NCBI GenBank assembly: GCA_963664395.2
Contig: OY761159.2
Location: 2,240,001 to 2,304,000 of the forward strand
Reading direction: 5' to 3'
DNA: 64,000 bases
Origin: Candidatus Binatia bacterium
Lineage (GTDB): Bacteria; Desulfobacterota; Binatia; Bin18
Shown: one piece after another, positions 58,096-64,000 of the stretch
Position numbering within the stretch: position 1 is the first letter of the stretch
How the letters are laid out: every line of letters starts with the position of its first letter
Program-made: the position numbers and the translations under genes
The notes under the pieces: model-generated
Database searches by the model: none
What the model was told of the DNA's origin: nothing
Seen by the model: the letters and a program-made list of their open reading frames with translations, nothing else

Positions 58096-59007
58096 ATGGC
58101 CGAGGGATTTCGCAAGATTGTGTGCCCCATCTATTTGGATGAAACATCGCCCCAAATGTTATCGCATGCGCGCCACTTCGCCCAACTCGGAGATGGTACC
58201 ATCTATCTCCTGCATGTCGTGCCAACTGATGAGCTCCATCTGCTGCGCAAGATCTATAGGCCGGACCAAAGTGGGGGGGCGGATATCAGTACGGCAGAAC
58301 GGGTTGCTCGTGAACAACTAGAGGCTGTTGCTCAGGAGCATCTAAGCGACACCCGGTATGCCATTCTGACCCAATTCAACAGCAATCCGGCTGCCGGAAT
58401 TCTTGAAGCACAAAAAGAAATAGACGCTGACCTCGTGGTTATGGCCTCGCACGGCCGAACCGGCCTTGCCCACCTCATTCTGGGCAGCGTTGCCGAAAAG
58501 GTGGTCCGGGAGTCGGCCTGTCCGGTGTTGACTATTCGTCAAGGAGACGAAGAGGGGGCCACGTCTTCGTTCCGGAAAATCCTTGTTCCGGTGGATATCG
58601 CCGAGCGGTCAGCGACTGCCCTCAGGTGTGCCAGGCAGATTACGGAACAGGATGGGGGAACAGTCTATCCACTGCACGTTGTTCCGACTGAAGACATCTA
58701 CCTCCAACGCGACGTCTACCGGCTTCAGGGAGGAGAAGGAACGAATCTTGTACAAGCGGAAAAGGTGGCCAAAGAGCGGTTAGCGGAAATCTCGCATACC
58801 TATCTTGAGGGCGTCCGATACGAACCTGTTGTCCATGTGAGCGGCGACCCGGCCCGCACTTTCCTTGAAATGGAAAAAGAAGTCGGAGCGGATTTACTGG
58901 TTATGGCGACGCATGGATTTACCGGCCTGTTTCACCTCTTGCTCGGCAGTCTGACCGAAAAAATGATGCGCGAAGCCGGCTGCCCGGTATTAGCCCTTCA
59001 CCAGTAG
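58096..59007 (+). CDS. Universal stress protein (two USP domains)
   Basis: Two repeats of FRKI..P, LHVV, DL.VMA.HG..G...L.LGS..EK..RE..CPVL. Confidence 0.94.
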   Translation: MAEGFRKIVCPIYLDETSPQMLSHARHFAQLGDGTIYLLHVVPTDELHLLRKIYRPDQSGGADISTAERVAREQLEAVAQEHLSDTRYAILTQFNSNPAAGILEAQKEIDADLVVMASHGRTGLAHLILGSVAEKVVRESACPVLTIRQGDEEGATSSFRKILVPVDIAERSATALRCARQITEQDGGTVYPLHVVPTEDIYLQRDVYRLQGGEGTNLVQAEKVAKERLAEISHTYLEGVRYEPVVHVSGDPARTFLEMEKEVGADLLVMATHGFTGLFHLLLGSLTEKMMREAGCPVLALHQ

Positions 59008-59056
59008 CTGAGAGAAAGAGCGACTGTGCTACAGAACATAAGAAAAGGGGCACGAG

Positions 59057-59566
59057 ATGAAGGATACGGCCTATAAGATCGTGAGTGAATCTCTGCAAGA
59101 CGAGCTACGGGCTATTGATTTTTACTTGCTTGCCGCAGATGTGGCGCCCACTCCAGCCGCTCGCCTTGCAGCCCGGCAGTTCGCCAGAGAAGAGGAGCAA
59201 CATTTTGACGACCTCGTAGAGTGGATTGAGTGGGAAGACGATCCGGAATTACGAACAGTCTTACAAAATATTCATCTCCTCCAGTACGATACGTCACCCC
59301 AAACCGATGCAGTGCGACACTGGGTAGAGTTATGTCGCCAGCAGGAGGTCTCCGATCCCGTGCGGATGCTCTTTGAGATAGCGCTGGCGAAAGAACAAGA
59401 GTCGCTCGGGCACTATCATACCCTGGAGCACAAAATAACAGAGCCGCTGGCCCGTCGTGTGCTGCACGCAATCTGCCGGGCTGAAGAACAGCACAAGCGG
59501 TTCCTGGAAGAGCAGTATCAGCGGCTATTATCTGAGCATGAGGAGTCCACGCAGTCCTGGCATTAG
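59057..59566 (+). CDS. Ferritin-like/rubrerythrin family protein
   Basis: E..AIDFY, EEEQH, E.ES..HY, EEQH diiron pattern. Confidence 0.85.
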   Translation: MKDTAYKIVSESLQDELRAIDFYLLAADVAPTPAARLAARQFAREEEQHFDDLVEWIEWEDDPELRTVLQNIHLLQYDTSPQTDAVRHWVELCRQQEVSDPVRMLFEIALAKEQESLGHYHTLEHKITEPLARRVLHAICRAEEQHKRFLEEQYQRLLSEHEESTQSWH

Positions 59567-59633
59567 AGGGACAGGGGCGTGTCCCGCGTCTGCATACGTG
59601 GATAGTAGAAATGTCTAGGAAAAAGAATAGCCT

Positions 59634-60662
59634 TTAACGAGTCCGAAATTCGTTGAGCCGAGTATGTGTGACAAGCTGATCAAGCGTTCGTAACGTAAAG
59701 ACTTTTCCTCGTGTCGCTAACAGTAATTTCTTCATATCTTCCCGCCTGACCCCAAAACCGCGCCCGGCTATACAGGCGACAACCTCAAACCTGGGCTGGC
59801 CGCTCGGGCTGCCCTGTCTGCTGATTGTATCGAGGTGTTGCACCCGGGTAACCTTATCTCGGGCGGTTCCATCATCTTCCGTAACTTTAGCTTCAATGAC
59901 AACATGCGGATTGTATTCATCGGGGACGATGAAGTCTGGCGTTTGATCAAAGCCCGCGATCTTCTCCGCTCGTTTCGGCTGCCTTGAATCTATCCCAGAC
60001 TGATCCAAGACTTTTTCGATTGCAGATTCGAGAAGGTTGCCGACCAACTCAGAAACCGAGTCACGATGTCCGGCAAAAGGGCGGCCTAAAAAACGTTCGT
60101 ACAGCAACATCGCATACGGAACCCCCAACCGGGATAAACTCCGGACGGTGATCAAGCCCTCTTGGGAATCTGCCTTCTGCAAGCGGTGGATCTTATCCTC
60201 TTCCGTTTGGGGAGCAGGGAGATGAAGCAGTTCACACGCGACTGCCACAAGGGCTTCAACACGAGGCGCAGTCGTCTTTGTAAGGTGAAGCGGTGAGAGG
60301 GGGTTTGCACGGATTTTCCGGTCAATACTCCTTGCAAAATTCTAGGAAATCTCGACCCCCGTTCGCCGTGCTGCCACATATGCCCACTCCGGTGGAGTAA
60401 AGCCGAGCATAGTCCGTAAAACAATGAACGTTAGAGGAGTCTGACGGACGGTTGCCAAAACAGCTTCGCTTTGGAGCCGGTCGAAACCGTTGGTCGCTCT
60501 TTTGAGCATCTCGTACGCCCGCTCAAACTGTGGATAGTCGAGGAAATCGTCCCCTTTGGGGAGGACGAGAAACTCCGACTCTAAGCTTGAGAAAATCGCA
60601 TCGACATAAGGCTTCGGATTTGCTTCAATCTCATCAAGAGAAGCCTCAAAAGGATACTTCAT
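59634..60662 (-). pseudogene. PD-(D/E)xK restriction endonuclease, disrupted
   Basis: The N-terminal part stops at TAG 60342-60344, reads on in frame (NFARSIDRKIRANPL), then shifts frame near 60290 into ...RVEALVAVACELL...PDFIVPDEYNPHVVIEAK; overlaps the MTase stop. Confidence 0.75.
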
Positions 60663-62916
60663 ACGGAGGACCCTCAGCTTCCTTCACCCGTACTGTCCGT
60701 TTCCCTGAAATACGAGAAAGATCGTCCGGGAGATATTGTTCAACCTTCTCGATCCCTCCGAGGTTCTGCACTGCCTGAGAGATGCGCTGTAGCTTTTCTC
60801 CGGTCTTTCCCTCTTTCTCCCATTTGCCCCGGATATGCCAGATAGCAAGGCGAATCAAATGCCCATAGGCAATGCACCGAGCATCACCACGAGTCGGCTT
60901 ATGGCCGCCATTCGTAAGTTGTTCCAGGTCGTTTTCGACTAAACCGGCAATCTTCTTAGGGGTTGAAACAAGCGTTCGACGTGCGATGCGTCCGGTTGAG
61001 CGGCATACAAAGACTGTATCAACGATTGAGGACCCCGTTCCACTAATATGAATCGAAGCGCTCATTTCAGCAGGACATGCCAGGGAAGCGGAACATACGA
61101 GTCCCGCGTCGAGAATTGCAACTGAAAGAGGGTAATAGGCTTCGAGCGTATTGTGGTGGTATGTAAATGCAAGTGGCGCTCCTGGTTTGAGCGCCGTAGC
61201 CATACGAGACCAGACTGAAGTGAGTCCTTCAGTGAAGTGGTCCAAGTCTCGTTCCATGGTGATATTGCCTGTCAATTCGTTTTTGTGTCGCGTTGTCCGA
61301 TTTTGAAAAACCCCTCCAGTCACGAGACGGCGGAGCCAGACATAACAGAAGTCCATCAGCTCGGCGTATTGAACATTGGCAAAATAAGGGGGGTCCGTAA
61401 AAACAGCATCAAGGGATTGAGGAGGAAGATCTATCTGCGTTGAACTCGCACAGTGCAAAGCGACGGTCCGGCTCCTCTTGCCCTCTCGTTTTTTTCCAAT
61501 CCACTCGTCAGCAATAGGAATCCGTATCTTCCGACCATTCTGGAAAACAACCTCGAAAGGATGCTCACAGTACTGCTTGGCCTTGAAGAATTTTTCGACA
61601 ATATTGGACCACCCTCCACTTCCAATATTGACTCTTGCTTTCTCTTTCATGAGGCCGAGAAAACTGGATTCGCAAGAGATCAGCCCCACGGGGAAACCGT
61701 GAACCGAAAAGATGTCAAGAGATTTCAGGGCATAGGTATCATAGCGACAGAGCATATTTTGATAGCGGAGTAAGTCTGAGAGGTTTGTAGCTAACGCCCC
61801 TCTGAGGCGTTGATCCTCCTGCTGGGCAATAGCGCGGCAGGCGAGCTCAAGACTGAGTAGCTGCCTCTTATTAAACATCTCCCTGTAACGTGAGTATCCC
61901 CACCTGTGGAGACGGTCTGTCTCGTCTCCCGCCGGTATTTGATTATCCGGTATGTAGTGTTGTTTGCTGTTCCTCAAGATTTTTTCTGCCTCTCCATACT
62001 TCGAGAGGTCGCTGGGAGCGGCCTTCTTAAAAAAACGTCCCTGATGAGTGGCTCGGCAGCGTGAGCAATAATACTCGATGGCGAACATGCGATGCTTTGG
62101 CGGGCCGTCGGATTTCTGGGGATAGACATTCACAGTCCCGCAGTCAGGACAGGCGCAGCGACTACGAGCGGCAGGTCCTTTGAGGATAAGAGGCGTCTGA
62201 CATTGAGAGCAGCTTCCCAGGGCATTGCGGTCTTCCTCCTCATGTAACTCTCCACAGGATGGGCAGACCAGGACATTTTTCGGATGCCTGCGATTTTCTG
62301 CTAAGAGGTAGCCGGGAAAGAGATCAAACACGCGCGCACAGTTGCCGCACTGGTGCGTCTTAACCCAGAGGAAATATTTGACGCTTGCATCTTCCTTTCC
62401 GCAGAGAGTACATTCCGTTTTGTAAAAATCTCCTATTTCAGTCTCCAGTAACTGTCCTATTTCAGCAGCAGCTTCCCTGTATTGGTGCAGGTCAAGTTCC
62501 TCCATTTCCTGTTTGACGATCCAATACGCCATTGGGTTTATGTCATAACCGAAGATGCTACACCCCATCCGATTCGCTTCAAGAAGAGGAGTACCTCCTC
62601 CCATAAAAGGGTCTGCTATTTTTATGCCTTCAAGGTCGTGGGATTCGTAAAAGGTCTCTTGGACAGTGCCTGCTACAAATTCGGATAATAAAAGCGCACG
62701 AAAAAGGGTGCCGGGCCGCCGCGCAAACCACTTATGGACTGCTATGATCGGTCTATAGTTTTGTTGGATTTGCTTTTCCCTCAACGCGAGGCCAGAAACG
62801 AAGGCGACATCAAATTGGCGCTCTATTCCTCGGCAGAGTGAGAGCGCTTTCTGTGAGGGCCCTTCGGAGAATAAGTTCGCCTGTCCTTGAACTGCCACGG
62901 CTCGTTTCGTTTCCAA
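60646..62916 (-). CDS. DNA amino-methyltransferase with Zn-ribbon insertion (COG1743/DUF1156-like)
   Basis: HKWFARRP, DPFMGGG (motif I), multiple CxxC pairs, TDPPY (motif IV); more AT-rich than the flanks. Confidence 0.9.
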   Translation of the reverse strand: METKRAVAVQGQANLFSEGPSQKALSLCRGIERQFDVAFVSGLALREKQIQQNYRPIIAVHKWFARRPGTLFRALLLSEFVAGTVQETFYESHDLEGIKIADPFMGGGTPLLEANRMGCSIFGYDINPMAYWIVKQEMEELDLHQYREAAAEIGQLLETEIGDFYKTECTLCGKEDASVKYFLWVKTHQCGNCARVFDLFPGYLLAENRRHPKNVLVCPSCGELHEEEDRNALGSCSQCQTPLILKGPAARSRCACPDCGTVNVYPQKSDGPPKHRMFAIEYYCSRCRATHQGRFFKKAAPSDLSKYGEAEKILRNSKQHYIPDNQIPAGDETDRLHRWGYSRYREMFNKRQLLSLELACRAIAQQEDQRLRGALATNLSDLLRYQNMLCRYDTYALKSLDIFSVHGFPVGLISCESSFLGLMKEKARVNIGSGGWSNIVEKFFKAKQYCEHPFEVVFQNGRKIRIPIADEWIGKKREGKRSRTVALHCASSTQIDLPPQSLDAVFTDPPYFANVQYAELMDFCYVWLRRLVTGGVFQNRTTRHKNELTGNITMERDLDHFTEGLTSVWSRMATALKPGAPLAFTYHHNTLEAYYPLSVAILDAGLVCSASLACPAEMSASIHISGTGSSIVDTVFVCRSTGRIARRTLVSTPKKIAGLVENDLEQLTNGGHKPTRGDARCIAYGHLIRLAIWHIRGKWEKEGKTGEKLQRISQAVQNLGGIEKVEQYLPDDLSRISGKRTVRVKEAEGPPYEVSF

Positions 62917-62991
62917 TATAGGTTATCGTCCAATAAAGACTATCACGATCAATACAGAATGGCGCTCCCACTCCCCCCACCGTCCTCCGGG

Positions 62992-64000
62992 TCAAAACTC
63001 CATTTCTCTGACATCGTCCGCAATATGGAGGGAGGCGGCCGTCGCTGCCCGTACTTCGTCGAGCGTGATACCCGGCGCAAGTTCTTTCAAGACAAAACCT
63101 CGGGCGGTCACTTGAATCAAGGCTAAATTTGTCATTACCCACGAGACACACTTGCGGGCGGTGAGGGGATAGGTACATGCAGGGAGGAGTTTTGACTCCC
63201 CTGCCTTTGTGGTGTGATGCATCACGACAATCAGCCGGCGTGTCCCGGCGGCAAGATCCATGGCTCCCCCAATTGAACCGGCCCGCATATGGGGGGCTTT
63301 CCAGTTTGCCAAGTCGCCGTTTGCTGCGACCTGAAAGCCACCGAGAATGACCGTGTCCACATGTCCCCCGCGGGCCATGGCAAACGCCTCTGCACTATCA
63401 AAGAAGCTGGCTCCCGGTTGCAGTGTCACAAGTTGAGAACTGGCATTATAGAGATCAAGGTCCGCTTCCCCGGCAGCGGCAAGCGGACCATAACCCAATA
63501 CTCCGTTCTCAGCATGGAGCGTCACGTCGTCAGCAATAAAATCCGAGACCAAGGTAGGCATGCCGATGCCGAGGTTCACATAGTGGCCGGACTCTAAGAG
63601 GCGAGCCGCGCGTAGGGCCATGAGCTCCGGCGTGAGGCCGCTTGCGGGTCCAGCTGGCGGTGCTGCTGTTTTGACCGTCCGGCCGTGTGTTCGCATGAGT
63701 TCGAACACGCGCTCACGTTCGAGCGGTTTTTCACGCAGTACAAGCCGGTTCACAAATATGCCTGGGGTAGCAATCGCCTCTGGATCAAGCTGGCCTGGCT
63801 CGATAATGTGATCGACCTCAGCGATAGTGACCGCAGCCGCCGAGGCAAACGGTGGGTTAAAATTGCGAGCCGTCCGGCGGTAGATCAGGTTACCAGCCGT
63901 ATCGGCTTTATACGCTCGAATGAGGGCAAAGTCGGCTTGGAGTGCGGTTTCCATGAGATATTCTCGGCCATGAAAGATCCGTTTCTCTTTCCCTTCCGCG
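62992..64000 (-). CDS. 3-oxoacid CoA-transferase with fused A+B subunits (5' end outside the window)
   Basis: A-subunit ADFALIRAYKADTAGNL..RNFNP in frame with B-subunit VNLGIGMPT, AENG, GGAMDL. Confidence 0.93.
   Translation of the reverse strand, partial: AEGKEKRIFHGREYLMETALQADFALIRAYKADTAGNLIYRRTARNFNPPFASAAAVTIAEVDHIIEPGQLDPEAIATPGIFVNRLVLREKPLERERVFELMRTHGRTVKTAAPPAGPASGLTPELMALRAARLLESGHYVNLGIGMPTLVSDFIADDVTLHAENGVLGYGPLAAAGEADLDLYNASSQLVTLQPGASFFDSAEAFAMARGGHVDTVILGGFQVAANGDLANWKAPHMRAGSIGGAMDLAAGTRRLIVVMHHTTKAGESKLLPACTYPLTARKCVSWVMTNLALIQVTARGFVLKELAPGITLDEVRAATAASLHIADDVREMEF

Noticed and set aside
60342-60344. Pyrrolysine or amber read-through in the nuclease
   Set aside because: A frameshift follows shortly after, so read-through would not restore the protein; pseudogenisation is simpler.

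Overview
A 64-kb chromosomal segment from a moderately GC-rich diderm bacterium. The gene content suggests a Deltaproteobacteria-like lineage such as Ca. Binatia (inference only). The left part is housekeeping: rnpA/rpmH, gpsA, pgeF, rlmD, aroB, aroK, pilMNOPQ, priA, def, fmt. The rest is a mosaic of catabolic genes (cyclase, BKACE, amidase, CoA-transferases, TPP lyase, LLM-class oxidoreductase, Mo-hydroxylase MSL, SDR, MaoC, GGT), two tandem TonB-dependent receptors, a CusRS-like two-component pair, an hpf-usp-ferritin-like stress operon and two restriction-modification loci (one with a pseudogenised nuclease). The most notable observations are: (1) an ECF sigma factor overlapping a gene for a three-domain protein (zinc anti-sigma motif + O6-alkylguanine transferase + C-terminal Ada zinc site), a candidate sigma/anti-sigma-based adaptive response to DNA alkylation, with an ATL gene nearby; (2) rpmH apparently nested entirely inside an N-terminally extended rnpA frame; (3) a UGSC-type selenoprotein split at an in-frame UGA followed by a SECIS-like hairpin; (4) a duplication of the fmt 3' end bracketing an orphan antitoxin. 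I recognised no rRNA, tRNA, CRISPR array or transposase. All calls come from reading motifs by eye; no database searches were run.
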